Positions 34,320-45,883 of a stretch of 64,000 nucleotides of DNA are shown one piece after another (the stretch's first letter is position 1; each line of letters begins with the position of its first letter). The notes beneath the pieces are model-generated. The model made no database searches, was not told where the DNA came from, and was given only the letters and a program-made list of their open reading frames with translations. Source of the stretch: an uncultured Nitrososphaerales archaeon (lineage in GTDB: Archaea; Thermoproteota; Nitrososphaeria; Nitrososphaerales; Nitrososphaeraceae); NCBI GenBank assembly GCA_963709405.1, contig CAVPXM010000053.1:64001-128000 (forward strand). The letters run 5' to 3'. A program made the position numbers and the translations under genes.

Positions 34320-34798
34320 ACCATGCAAAATATACTCGAATTATCTACATAATAGATAATGTTCAGTTATGATTTATCAAAGTAATAATCGAGATATGTT
34401 ACTTAAGAGTAAGTTTCGAACGGTTTGGGTATGAATACGATTGCATATTAGCATAAATTTCTAACTTAACTCATATGTTGAATTGAATCACTGAACGACG
34501 ATTAGTTGATAGTTGATCAAGTCAAAATCTTTGAATTGTTATCTGCATCTAATGTTAGACAAGAGCTTTGAGATTGTGCTATAGGCGATGAAAAAGGATT
34601 ACGTGTTTAAATTAAGCCAGTAATATACTTCCGATCTCTACTCAAAGGATAAACCTGAATTGCTGTGTGCTAACTTCATAATCAGAGGTACCAAAATTTT
34701 GTAATTCATTCATTCAAAATATTATGGTATTTTTGGACAATCTACCATTGGATCAAAATACAATTGAGTCGATATATTGTATCTTCGGTAAATCAAAC

Positions 34799-34972
34799 TC
34801 AAAGTTCATCAATTGGATATTTGGATAAACATGCGGCACATTCGTAGATCTCCTTCCCAACCGGCCCCGATACGTTGAATTTGACAACGGTAGTACATTT
34901 AGGACATCTCCCCTGAACACTACGACTCTTTGTCTGCGGCCTTAAAAGTTTCCGTCTTCTTCTTCCTCCCAT
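34799..34972 (-). CDS. Small zinc-ribbon protein (57 aa) with basic N-terminus
   Basis: MGGRRRRKLLRPQTKSRSVQGRCPKCTTVVKFNVSGPVGKEIYECAACLSKYPIDEL*; CxxC...CxxC. Confidence 0.78.
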   Translation of the reverse strand: MGGRRRRKLLRPQTKSRSVQGRCPKCTTVVKFNVSGPVGKEIYECAACLSKYPIDEL

Positions 34973-35358
34973 TATTTATATCGTAAATGTTGACACGCAT
35001 TGGACATTTTTACCTATCTAAGTACGTTTAGGCTCCTTTCTTGATGTTATAGATTGTCTCATTAATGACTGTCGGTTTTAACTTGATGAGCTGAATTTGA
35101 TTGCCACTATTAGGTTAAATGTATCCACTTATTGGTCCCGATACATCATATCCGTGGTTCATATCTATACTACAGAGTCACTGATATTATTAATATCTGT
35201 TCAAGATATCTCATAGACCTGGTTCATGATTATCTCCGCAAGTTGAGAGCGGACAAGACAATGCCTCATATTCACTACAAAAGCGATCCTCGATTAATAT
35301 TCAATATTAGTACGATTTAGAATTAATTATATTTTAGGTCATTATACCGGCAGCAAAA

Positions 35359-36000
35359 CTATCGAGATACAAGTTTGATATTGTGCAGATACAGAGGGAG
35401 GTCACTGACAAACGAAATAAAATTACGAATAGGTACGACTGGGATTTGTTCTATTATTTTTATGGTCATCGGATAAAGAGTCAATATTACTGGAATTGCT
35501 CCAGAAATGTTTTCTCTATTAGACAAAAATATAGAAGCCCTATGAATTTGCTTCTTTGCATATAATGATATTGATTTTAAATCATTTCGTCGCCAATGCT
35601 TACAATCAATTAAAACGGCGAGTTTGGAAACGAGGTCAGTTCCGACGACATCAATCTCGATCCTACGAGGTTCATTAAAGCGTAAATTAGACTCAGTTAC
35701 ATACCCTGACAAATTAAGAATTTCAGAAGCGAACATCTCAAAATCCCTCCAAGATAATAATTTCGATATAAATTCAACATCGTTCCCATTTTTTAATGCA
35801 AGAACTGCAAGTTTGATTCTATCCGAATTAGAGAATAAATAGCGGTCTTGAAAGGCATAGCCTATCCCATTATCAAACAAATATTCTATGACTTGTTTAC
35901 ATGTTGATTGACTGACCATACCCAATCTAGTTTGAAAATCTCTCGAACTGATCTCTGGTAAGATTGCAGGTATCGCTTTAACTAATAATAAAGGATCCAC
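35359..36000 (-). CDS. Mrr-like PD-(D/E)xK restriction-endonuclease-fold protein
   Basis: LSWRDFE...ILNLSGY...EIDVVG...IDCKHW. Confidence 0.8.
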   Translation of the reverse strand: MDPLLLVKAIPAILPEISSRDFQTRLGMVSQSTCKQVIEYLFDNGIGYAFQDRYLFSNSDRIKLAVLALKNGNDVEFISKLLSWRDFEMFASEILNLSGYVTESNLRFNEPRRIEIDVVGTDLVSKLAVLIDCKHWRRNDLKSISLYAKKQIHRASIFLSNRENISGAIPVILTLYPMTIKIIEQIPVVPIRNFISFVSDLPLYLHNIKLVSR

Positions 36001-36654
36001 GTTATGAGATCGATGTTCAAATATTTGAATTAGGCTGGAATAGTTTGTGATCCTTTCTTGGTTATTTGCTTGGTTTTAGTAACTAATATTGTTTCCAGCA
36101 CAATAGGCTGATACATTTAAGAGTGTTCGGATCTGTCAGACTCAAATTGTTAATCTAATGCAATGGTGGGTAAGAATTCGTAATAAGGTTGAGTTAGTGA
36201 CGATGAAGATCGTCATGTGGAAAGAGCTGCCTTTGATTCAGAAACGGACGATTTTTGGCGGTTATTTGACATGCGAGAGGGCATTTGAAATTTGCCACGA
36301 GATGTTTTAAATCAGAAGGTATGTTATGTCATAATTAGTAAGTCTCGTTTTTTTGGATGAATCGAGTCATCTTTAAGGCAATGTTTCTTATTGCATATCG
36401 TTTCTTAAGCAAGAATGGTCATGATTGATTCAATTCCTGAAGAATATAATATAATAAACTAGTCAGTTAGTAAAAATCAGAATCAAAAATCTTTGATAGC
36501 ATTCCGGTCGAATCATAACATTGCATTGCAATAAATTGCCGCGATCGTTTCGAGATATAGACCTTGGAAAGATCATGTTGTCAGGTTAGAATCACTTCCT
36601 TATCACAATATTTTTTAGGAAGAGCGAGCATCTATATCTACAGACTTTCTTAGA

Positions 36655-36906
36655 TTGTCTGCAATTAACAATAAAAAAGACAGAAAAGGAACGGAGGTAG
36701 ATAAGGTTAACTGCAACATTTGCGATGTGCAGTTGGAGATCTTAGACTTAGAACATCATTTAGCTTCCCCATTACATTTAGGAAACCGAGATCATTTAGA
36801 CACAAAATTCGATAGTATCACAAGTTCAACAGCTCCAATACAACAATCTGTCTTAGGTAAGTGGTTACAATCGATATCGAAAAAGGAATCTGAATCAAAA
36901 ATATAG
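36655..36906 (+). CDS. Small C2H2-like zinc-finger protein
   Basis: CNIC-x10-HHL...H; 83 aa. Confidence 0.6.
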   Translation: MSAINNKKDRKGTEVDKVNCNICDVQLEILDLEHHLASPLHLGNRDHLDTKFDSITSSTAPIQQSVLGKWLQSISKKESESKI

Positions 36907-37015
36907 ATGTCTCGATTTCAAATATCCAGTTCGTTCAATATCAGTCCCATTGTTCAAAATATATCATTACTAATACCTCGGAAATCATTTTTTATCTTGT
37001 TTATTAAGTAGGTAG

Positions 37016-37276
37016 TTACTGCGCAAAGTTAGGAGCTGTCTGTGAACGTATATCAATGTAAATCTCCAAATAGACCATTCCCTTCAAGGTGGTTAGGTAT
37101 GTTTTATCGGCAGGCTTGTAGGAGATCAATTCATAATCTAGTAAAGTATGGAGATACTTTTTTAGATCGGCCGTTGATAGTGACGTTCTGGAAATCATTG
37201 CCGATGAATCAATTCCTACGCTAGCTGCTTCTAAAATCAACTCCACTATGTCGCTAGGGTTTCCAAATGGCATCAC
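37016..37276 (-). CDS. Winged-helix DNA-binding protein (archaeal ArnR1/DUF4364-like)
   Basis: DIVELILEAA...TSLST..LKKYLHTL...LI...YLTTLKG..YL. Confidence 0.78.
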   Translation of the reverse strand: MMPFGNPSDIVELILEAASVGIDSSAMISRTSLSTADLKKYLHTLLDYELISYKPADKTYLTTLKGMVYLEIYIDIRSQTAPNFAQ

Positions 37277-37585
37277 GAATTCAAATACTAAATCTAGACA
37301 TGATATTTATGAAAAGCTCTTACAAATTCTTATTCTAATGTCAGATTCTATCAAGCATTACTCTTGTCCTACTAGTTCATGAATAACATTTTGACGGTAT
37401 ATTTCGAGGATTTAATAGTCACAGTCTGAGACATAGTGTAATCCAACTAGAATTTGATCTGATCAAGGTAGTTCGGGCCAGGCAAAATTGTGTTCGCATA
37501 TATTGGAACCAGTCTGAACTCAGACTATAATTGGCAATCCCAATTATAGTAGTGATCTATAAAAAATAATACACACATATTTTAC

Positions 37586-37607
37586 TAAACACAGATACAT
37601 GTGTTTA
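37586..37607. promoter_or_regulatory. Perfect 8-6-8 inverted repeat, candidate operator
   Basis: TAAACACA-gataca-TGTGTTTA between the divergent wHTH and discoidin-domain genes. Confidence 0.35.
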
Positions 37608-37753
37608 TTTTGTTAGTTCCTTCGATACTTGTCTATCCAGTAAAAGAAGCTTAATAAACTCATGGATTTATCTAACTCCAATTATGTCAGAGGTATTCCC
37701 CATGTACAATTAACTCAAATCCACTAATAATATATCAACAGAATAACACAGTA

Positions 37754-38911
37754 TTGATATCTAAAAGCAGACGATCCTTATTTACTCTAGCCTTGTTATT
37801 ACTGGCTGTATTTATATGTAGCTTTTTAGCATATAATAATGTACTAGCAGACGACAACAAGAAAATTTCAATACAATGTGCTGCTAGTGAACCATGTTTG
37901 AATGGAATCTGTATAGGTAACTCATGTCTACCCATGAAGCATTATGAATATGGGAGTTATGCATTGCCTAATATTAAAAAATCGAGTGATATCGTAGATG
38001 CTTCGAAAGATATTGAACATGTTAGATCTACCGTGAACTCTTCTAGTATGTATCAGGATACAAATCATGACGATATATGTACTAAATCTCCTATCTTAAC
38101 AATAACTGATAATGCAGGCGAAAAAAGCAGTGTGAATACTGATATCACAAAGATAATGGACGAAAATTTGAACACCAAATGGTCATTGAAAGGAGCCGGA
38201 TCATATCTTCAAATGGATTTAGGTCAAATTAAGAAGATTTGTAGCATAGATATTAGTTGGTACAAGGGAGATAAGGGAACATATCACTTTGTGATATCTA
38301 CGTCGCTAGATGGCGTTGCATTCACGAACATTTTGAAAGGCACAAGCGACGGTACTAGCATATCACCAGAAAAATACCCGATCGTAAAAGATATACAAGG
38401 CAGATATATCAGACTCGCTGCTTCAAGGAACTCGGATATGTCTGGTGTGTCTGAGGTCGGAATATATACATCAAGTGCTAAAAGCATTAATTTATCAACG
38501 ACTCAATCATATCAACATATGGTAAGCTTAGGCAATCCGTTACAAGTAACTAATAGGTCCCAACAGATCTCGCCTAGTCAGTATATAAAGCTCATATCTC
38601 CATTGTTAGAAACGAATCACTCACCAGTAGTTAGCGATAAGAATGTTGAGGTTACATCATCAGTATCAGCTCTTCAAATTAGCTTGGCAGGAAAGGACAT
38701 AGACAAGACAGACATCATAAAATTCTCAATAGTAGACTTACCGAGCCACGGGATTTTGAAACAAGGGTCAACCCCAAATAGTGTAACATATACTCCAATG
38801 GCTGGCTTCACAGGCATGGATAGTTTCACATATGATGCAATCGACAACCACGGTGGGGAAAGTGTAAAAGGCAGAGTTAACATTTTAATAAGCGATAAGT
38901 ATCCGTTATAG
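37754..38911 (+). CDS. Secreted protein with discoidin (F5/8 type C) and Ig/cadherin-like domains
   Basis: Signal peptide; DENLNTKWS...QMDLG...GRYIRL; NHSPV...PSHG.L...YTP..GFTG.DSFTY. Confidence 0.85.
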   Translation: MISKSRRSLFTLALLLLAVFICSFLAYNNVLADDNKKISIQCAASEPCLNGICIGNSCLPMKHYEYGSYALPNIKKSSDIVDASKDIEHVRSTVNSSSMYQDTNHDDICTKSPILTITDNAGEKSSVNTDITKIMDENLNTKWSLKGAGSYLQMDLGQIKKICSIDISWYKGDKGTYHFVISTSLDGVAFTNILKGTSDGTSISPEKYPIVKDIQGRYIRLAASRNSDMSGVSEVGIYTSSAKSINLSTTQSYQHMVSLGNPLQVTNRSQQISPSQYIKLISPLLETNHSPVVSDKNVEVTSSVSALQISLAGKDIDKTDIIKFSIVDLPSHGILKQGSTPNSVTYTPMAGFTGMDSFTYDAIDNHGGESVKGRVNILISDKYPL

Positions 38912-39681
38912 AAATTATGTTACTTTTAGCATCATATACGGTCACTCGATAAAACAGCTCAATTCGTAGAGAAGTTATAGACCTGGCCTACTAAAGGATC
39001 ATACAGGTAGATATTCGTAATCTGATAAATTCTTCAACTTACAAATATGTACCAGAGATAAGTGTTGGGTATTGGAGATTTAAGAACAAATTCAAAAAAA
39101 ATTTTACTCGCAATTTTGTCTACCATAATGAATGAAAAATCATGCTAAAATATTATATCTCATTATCCGGAGAATACAGTTGAACATTCAGATTTACTAT
39201 GTGTATGACAATCCTAAATAAATGCCAAGTACAAAAATACTTCCATATCGTAGCTTAAATTTGGGTAAAACTAATTAACTCTATAACAATCAAGAGTAAC
39301 CATGGACGTATTAATTTTAGTTTGTTAATTCTTAAGCTTTTTAACATAAGCAGCACAAAACTCTATTCATATATATCCCGAAGATTAATTCTAGAAATAC
39401 TTGATATTGAATTCATAATAGTATCTACCTCAGGCTATCGCTCAAGATGTCTCGTTCAGGATGATATTACACCAAAAGGCATCTTTCTTGTTGGTATGGT
39501 TGCACAGACAAGTGCAAGATCATTCGCATGGTATCATTATATTTCCAGAATGATAATATTAAAACACCAAAAAAATGTATTTGACAGTGAAATATCCCAA
39601 TTTGATCACGATCAATGCATTAGATAACTTTGTTAAACAGTATCTAAATAAGGAGGGTGCAGTAAATATGATGTACTACTA

Positions 39682-40122
39682 ATGAAAGAGGGGGATTATG
39701 AAGATGAGGATGATAATGTTGAGGATACGGATTTACCTAACGTATCTTTATCTCGTCAGCATGTGCTCTCTGTATTAGATAGTTTCATAGAGCAAATCTT
39801 GCATATAAGAAGAACTTTGCTCGGTGTATCTATTTCTTCTTTAATATTAGCTCCACTTGCAATAGGTCTCTCGGTATTCTTATTACGACATCCTTCTTTT
39901 TTTGTAATTTTAGAGATAGAGAACGAATTTGGTCTAATACTCAGCATATTGCTCGGATCAGTCATTGTTATTTCGTCTTTATGGCTGATCGCAGGCATTA
40001 GACAGTATCGGTCGGTAGGTTCTTGGAACAAGAAATACGCAGCATATCAACAGGATAAGCAAGAACTCGACAAGAAGATTGCCTCGCAGTTTATTTTAGA
40101 CAAGAATGATAACAAGTCGTAA
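39682..40122 (+). CDS. Membrane protein (2 TM) with acidic N-terminus
   Basis: 146 aa; hydrophobic segments; GGAGG upstream. Confidence 0.75.
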   Translation: MKEGDYEDEDDNVEDTDLPNVSLSRQHVLSVLDSFIEQILHIRRTLLGVSISSLILAPLAIGLSVFLLRHPSFFVILEIENEFGLILSILLGSVIVISSLWLIAGIRQYRSVGSWNKKYAAYQQDKQELDKKIASQFILDKNDNKS

Positions 40123-40262
40123 TTTCGAGGTGAATATTGTATAGCTCTTACTCACCAATTCAAAAAGCTGTCGAAATTATATTGAAAACAATTAGGATGA
40201 GTTTTCTGTTTGTTTCTTATTTTTTCTCGTTGATGGAAATACTTGTCTTTGGTTCTTTATCA

Positions 40263-40559
40263 CTAGTCCTTTCTTCTAGGGAACATTTTTTCATATGGTT
40301 CCAATATCGTTCTAGAAAATTCAATTCCCTTCTCAGTGGGCTTATAAATAGTAATTAGTCGTTTATTGGACCTGATTTCCCTCTTAATAATCAATCCATT
40401 TAGCATCAGGTCATCAAGAATGAATTTATGCTTTGTAAGGTTTAATCCACAAAAACTAATCAGTGCAGTCTGGTTCATTTCACCATATTCCACAAGTTTT
40501 AGTATCAAGTCTTTGACAATGTATATCCTGTCTCTATATGACGATTGGGAACCAGCCAT
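40263..40559 (-). CDS. Winged-helix DNA-binding protein
   Basis: YRDRIYIVKDLIL...NQTALISFCGLN...YKPTEKG. Confidence 0.82.
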   Translation of the reverse strand: MAGSQSSYRDRIYIVKDLILKLVEYGEMNQTALISFCGLNLTKHKFILDDLMLNGLIIKREIRSNKRLITIYKPTEKGIEFSRTILEPYEKMFPRRKD

Positions 40560-41090
40560 CGGAAATTAACTTACTCTCTTAGTTATCAGCTGATAGTTTT
40601 GTATGTCATAATAATAACCTAACTCCATGAATAACCGAAAAATGTAGTCCATCATTGTTTTATAGGAGTCATTCCCAAGAATCAGGAATACCCAAGAGAA
40701 GCGATCATAGCTTAGGTATTTGAAGATAATCTTAGTTCTTGGTTCATATCTTTGAAAAACGTCTCATTTGAACCTAATGATTTAGATGATTATAATGACT
40801 GAAAGTTCCGTTTGAAATTATTTCGTATTCGGTGGATCTTCTCCTATCAGGGGCTTAATGAGTAGCTGTAACCTTGGTCAGCCTAGACATTCACAAAAAT
40901 CGACAATTTCATTAACTGTGCGTGTTGGGCTTGGCGAAAAGATAGTGATAGGGTCTCGAAACCATCTATTTGCTGCGAGATAAAAGCTATGTAACAGTAC
41001 CGTTATCGATTTCTCTGGTTCTGCTACCTATAGCTTCAGGTGTTTTTATATGAAATGATGAGAAATGACATTTTTGGTGTATTCCGATTT

Positions 41091-41750
41091 TTAATTGCTT
41101 TTTGTCAAGTCTAAAAAAGAATAACTCCTACGTTTTCTCATCAAATTTATAATATCAGGATACTTGCCCAAGTGTTGACGAAAGTCTTTCATTAAATCAG
41201 CTAATTCTTTTGGATCTGTGGGTATATCCAGTTTTTTGTTAACTATGGCTTAGTTTGTTCTCTTCCAGCAACTCTTCTTTCTCTATCTCCAAATCGACTA
41301 CCTTTTGTACTATTTCGTTCAATATTTCCTTTTTTTGTGAAACATATTCAGGTAAACCGTCGATAGTGACGTCCAGATTATTGGAAATATCAGATACATT
41401 ACTTATAAGATTAATAAATTCGTGGACTTTCAGACTACGCTTGAAACAATGGACCTCAATTTTTTCGATAAATGATTCTATTTGTTCTTCATTTAAGCTG
41501 TTATCTTCCGATATCTTTCAAAGCCTGATTGAAGAGGCTAGAAAATTTAGATCTAAACCTTTATTTTTAATTATGAAAGCAACTTGTCTTAATAAATCAA
41601 AATCCTGATCGTTCTGTTTGCATTCTTTAATTATCGAACTCACCGTCCCTGCCCCTATCTCTACTTCCCTAGCGATTTGATCTCTGGAATGACCCTTAAG
41701 CCAACGTCTAATGACTTCCTTTCTTATCGAAAGAGGTGTTTGGCACCCAT
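41091..41750 (-). pseudogene. HTH + coiled-coil protein (Nitrososphaerales multicopy-type family), decayed
   Basis: MGAK/fs/TPLSIRKEVIRRWLKGHSRDQIAREVEIGAGTVSSIIKE (HTH)...SSIRL*KISED...heptad-rich segment.../fs/KLDIPTDPKELADLMKDF...; GGATAGGAG upstream of ATG. Confidence 0.75.
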
Positions 41751-41858
41751 ACTCCTATCCCCAGGTAATTTACAAAATTCCAGTTTATAATAGATTGAAA
41801 ATTTCTGTTGTAAATGAATGGATTTTGCACCCACCCATTTTACGAGTAAACGGTCATC

Positions 41859-41946
41859 TGAAGATAATTTGACGAGCAAATGACGAAAATCCGACGCCTA
41901 CCTGACGGTAATTCGACAATATTTTGACGGTAAAATGACGATACTA
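41859..41946. repeat. Eight phased 11-bp degenerate direct repeats, consensus YGACGRTAAWW
   Basis: GAC at 41871, 41882, 41893, 41904, 41915, 41926, 41937 (exact 11-bp spacing) plus TGAAG at 41859. Confidence 0.88.
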
Positions 41947-42275
41947 AAAAAGCTTTGACCGTATAGATGGTTTCTACACAGCCTAATGATATATTAATTC
42001 TAATATACATACCTTAAATTATTCATGTTACATCAGGTTTAGTTGTGGTGATATCACTAAATTTACTACTCTAGTATTTTCATATAGATGCTAAAAGCAG
42101 AGCCTACAAAATTAGGGCTTATTTTATCAACACAATATTCCGATGTCTCATAACAAGGTAATGCAATTCATCTAACGAGCCGATTTGAGATAGAGAAAAT
42201 TGTAAGAGACTAGTTCTTACGCTTCACACGATATAAACAGTAGTGACGCTCGAGATAAATATTGACTCAAATGAT

Positions 42276-42819
42276 TTAAGATGACTTATTAGATAATGCT
42301 GACTTTAGCCAATGAATACCAGACGTTGTAATTGTATAAATGATGGTGTCGATTCCATCTTTTGCGCTATTGCGAAGTCACATATCCTGACTTTACCAAC
42401 TCAGATAGCCGTGAGCTTACAGATTTCGGGTTAAGTGCGGTGGCGAGTTGAATCTGAGATAAACTCATTCCATCGATTTCAGTTTTCCCTAGTTCTTTTA
42501 CAATTTTTGACGCCACCAATTGTAGTGCGACCATTTGTTTATCAGAAATCTTTTTTATCCCTATTTCTTTTGGATCAAAGATTATTCTTGGTCCCTCAGC
42601 TGTAACCTTGATAAAAGGGGCAAAGGACTCTACTAATTCTACAGCTGAATAGTTTAGAGAGATTCTTCTTGCAAGGTCTAATGTAGGAACCTGCTTTGAT
42701 ATAAATGCAATAACAGACTCCAAGATCGAACGTGCAGATCCATTAAACTGTACTTTTACGTCTCCAACTGCTATTGATACACTAACGTTTGTAGTGTCAA
42801 TGTCATGATCATTTGACAT
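42276..42819 (-). pseudogene. Archaeal wHTH-containing protein with a frameshift near 42375
   Basis: LNPKSVSSRLSELVKSGYVT continues in another frame as RNSAKDG...IYTITTSGIHWL (wing motif). Confidence 0.7.
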
Positions 42820-43634
42820 CTCTATTACTCCAAAAAGTATTAGATGATAGAAAGAGGGGATTCAAATTCGCCAAATTTAGGTGTTCCAACTGACATATGC
42901 TATTTCTTAATGACACATGGCTAACTAAATGAAGTATAAATCCACGATTAAGTTTCATATGATGTACGAAACTAATTGCCGTAAGTGTATCGATATCAAC
43001 GCAAAACACATTATCCATATGGCTTTATGGTTTATATAATTAGATAACGTGTTTATAAAGATAATTTTGATTATTCAAGCATCAGTGAGGATCAAATCTG
43101 AGCTCGTTCGTAAGAAGTAATTTAGAAGAGGTAACGTAATAAAGTATTCTGGTATTCTGGTATTTAAGATCACTCCGGATATGTTGAATATCGGGCCAGA
43201 TTCTGGAAAAGAGCCAGTCCATCTCTCGAATTTGACGTTTAATGTTCATTAAAGGACATCCTCTAGACGATGCTGAACTCCGACTCGCTCGGATACTTCA
43301 CTCCGTTGGGTTACATTATCGTTAGATAAATTTTTGGAACAGAACATGCTTAGGTTAACGTCATTTCTCGCTATACGCCGCGGGATAATGGGTATTTCAG
43401 GTGCGAGTTTTTTTATTCAACACCATCCATTTTACCCACCCCCATAGTTTCATTTATCATTTGTTGATGACTGAGGGTCTTTATTATCTTCTATAAATTG
43501 CGTTCTTTTTGCAAGAATACTTAACAATTCTTAATCTTTTGAATCAACAATCATGATAAATTGATAAGAAATTATTACTATAAAAATAGTCAAGGTAATT
43601 ATTATATAGTATATTTGCATACTTTGAACTTAGG

Positions 43635-43865
43635 ATGAAGTCTAGCATTGAGGACTTGGAAATAGCGTCTGGTTTGAAGAAAATGTTAATAGATGCTGGA
43701 TTCACTGCTGACTCTATCCTTCATTACGACATAAACGAAATATCTACTATTTTGGGGATAGAGATTTATGTCGCCAAAATTATCTTTGATGCCGCAAAGA
43801 AATTTGATCAAGCAAGACCCAGAGGCAGCTTTGTTAAGGATTCCGTTGGCGCTGCATTGGAGTAG
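43635..43865 (+). CDS. Small helix-hairpin-helix-like protein
   Basis: IEDLEIASGLKKMLIDAGFT...EISTILGIEIYVAKIIFDAAK resembles a RadA N-terminal/HhH fold; TATA-like sequence upstream. Confidence 0.72.
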   Translation: MKSSIEDLEIASGLKKMLIDAGFTADSILHYDINEISTILGIEIYVAKIIFDAAKKFDQARPRGSFVKDSVGAALE

Positions 43866-44350
43866 TACAAAGATAAATATCGGGATCAGATTACGGTCAT
43901 TCCCATTGAGATGTTAATTCTTATAATTTCCCTTAGTCACTATTCGGAAGCAATAGTTTAGAAATGATCATTTCCAGTACAGTAATATCCCTTTCTTATT
44001 AGTTGCTTTTCACAAAATATTCAAACCAGTCTGGTTATTATCGTCTACAACGTCGCAAATATGCCACACAATACACATATCAATGCCTAATCTAGAAGCT
44101 AAATGTAGTCTCGAATCAATCTGTAAGGCATGGAGCAACTTTGTGTTTTTGACAGGTAAAAGGTTCAGTTTGAGGTCGGAGCATGTCTATAATGTTAAAT
44201 GCACATCATTCCATGATTGCGATTACTTGCTTTGGTCTTAAGATTTCCACACCCCGGTACGCATGTTATTATGTACAATTTAGAAGTAAATTAAAGGTCG
44301 ATCAAGAGGTATCAAAAGAGATAAGTATCAAAGAGTATTTTGTAGACTTA

Positions 44351-45034
44351 TTGGATAGCAAGGGGTATTACGCAATTTTCGGAGTATCTGAACATGCTAA
44401 TTATCAAGAGATAAAAAAAGCATACAGACACCTTGCTAGGAAATATCACCCAGATAGGAATACTTCTGGTATATCTGATGAAATGATCAAGATGATAAAC
44501 GCTGCGTTTGAGATTCTCTCAGATAAGGATAAACGGCACACATATGACAATGACGAGTATCACGATGTGGTTTCTGGATCGGCCAATCAAGGATCAGATC
44601 ATGATGTACACGACGAGAAAGTAAACAGTGCAGGTTATCACAATAGTAAAACCTACAATACCACTGGTTTTAATGCTCAGAATTTTGTAGGTAGTAGTGG
44701 CTTTGCGGATTACAACGATTCGAACGAAAGGAGTAACTATACGCAATTTGCAGAGTTCGGCCCGGACTCGACTACGATTTCAGGCCTGCTTGATATCCCG
44801 AAGGGTCGATTCCATCTAGTTGTTGAACCGTCTCTTTGTATGGCCTTTGGGAGTTGCGAAACTCTAGCACCTAAAGTATTTGTAGTAGAAAAAAACAAGA
44901 GGATAAATCCAAAGGCTATAGTTGCGTCAGAAGTTGATGGAACTTATGATGAAATACTTTCTGCCGCACAAACGTGCCCCACAAAGGCAATCAAAATTAT
45001 AGACAGATACACAGGGGAACAAATTTATCCATAG
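44351..45034 (+). CDS. DnaJ-ferredoxin fusion protein
   Basis: YYAIFGV...IKKAYRHLARKYHPD J-domain; C-terminal CMAFGSCETLAP...CPTKAI ferredoxin; likely TTG start at 44351 (ORF open from 44183). Confidence 0.9.
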   Translation: MDSKGYYAIFGVSEHANYQEIKKAYRHLARKYHPDRNTSGISDEMIKMINAAFEILSDKDKRHTYDNDEYHDVVSGSANQGSDHDVHDEKVNSAGYHNSKTYNTTGFNAQNFVGSSGFADYNDSNERSNYTQFAEFGPDSTTISGLLDIPKGRFHLVVEPSLCMAFGSCETLAPKVFVVEKNKRINPKAIVASEVDGTYDEILSAAQTCPTKAIKIIDRYTGEQIYP

Positions 45035-45883
45035 TTGACGACAATCTACTCTCACGATTTACCTCATTAATACCTGGCAAAACATCTTGCTCATGATTAG
45101 TTGAAAATTCAACTTTTGAAAATACACGTTCCAGTTAAATCTTTTGAATAGACCAGAGGATTTTTGGTCTCGGTTCTCTACACTGAAACACCAATGAGAA
45201 AGAAACTGTAAAACATCATAAAAAAGGTTCTCTGATTGAAGATCGTAATATATTCCCAATTGTAAACAATGAGTACAATTAATATGCAAGAGTGGATACG
45301 TCGACAATAGGGAATTAATGAACTGCTGTGATGAAAATCTTGGTCAAAGGTAGTTGCAACAGCTTATTGCACGAATATGTGATTATCAAAACATGGAGTT
45401 GTTTACATTAGTAGAGGACCAACTCAAGATAATTGAATCTGTAATTAATCTCGTGTTTAAAACAAGTCCACAATAACACCTTCGGTCTATAAGTTCATTG
45501 GTTTGCAATCTTGAAAATCATTTGACTAGGAGTGATAGACGAAAATGAGTATTATAAACGAGACAGGATATAATATTAGAAGAGTAATTTAGTTGCCTGA
45601 AAACATATTTGCATAAAGAAAATAACAATACATATGAGCATAATACATTGATTCCACGCTTCATGGCAAGATGCACTAGTTGACTTGAATTCATCGAATC
45701 AGTAGAGCGTTGCCTAGTAATAATTTTTAAAGGAACAAGAATTTTTGATATAACTCGGGTATCGAAACTACAGCTAAATTGTACTATTCTCCATTTACTA
45801 GTATTGATTGGCCAACATTTTTCCTACAAAAGGGTTTGTAGAAACAAGGAATCATATTGTGATGTACAAATTACTAAGTGCGC

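Noticed and set aside
35359-36000. Mrr-like nuclease as part of a defence island with the cyclase (Pycsar/CBASS-like)
   Set aside because: Separated from the cyclase by housekeeping aIF-1A, with no cyclic-nucleotide-binding effector or other defence genes adjacent
41859-41960. CRISPR-like interpretation of the repeat arrays
   Set aside because: Units are 10-11 bp, with no 24-47-bp repeats, no spacer-sized inserts and no cas genes in the window
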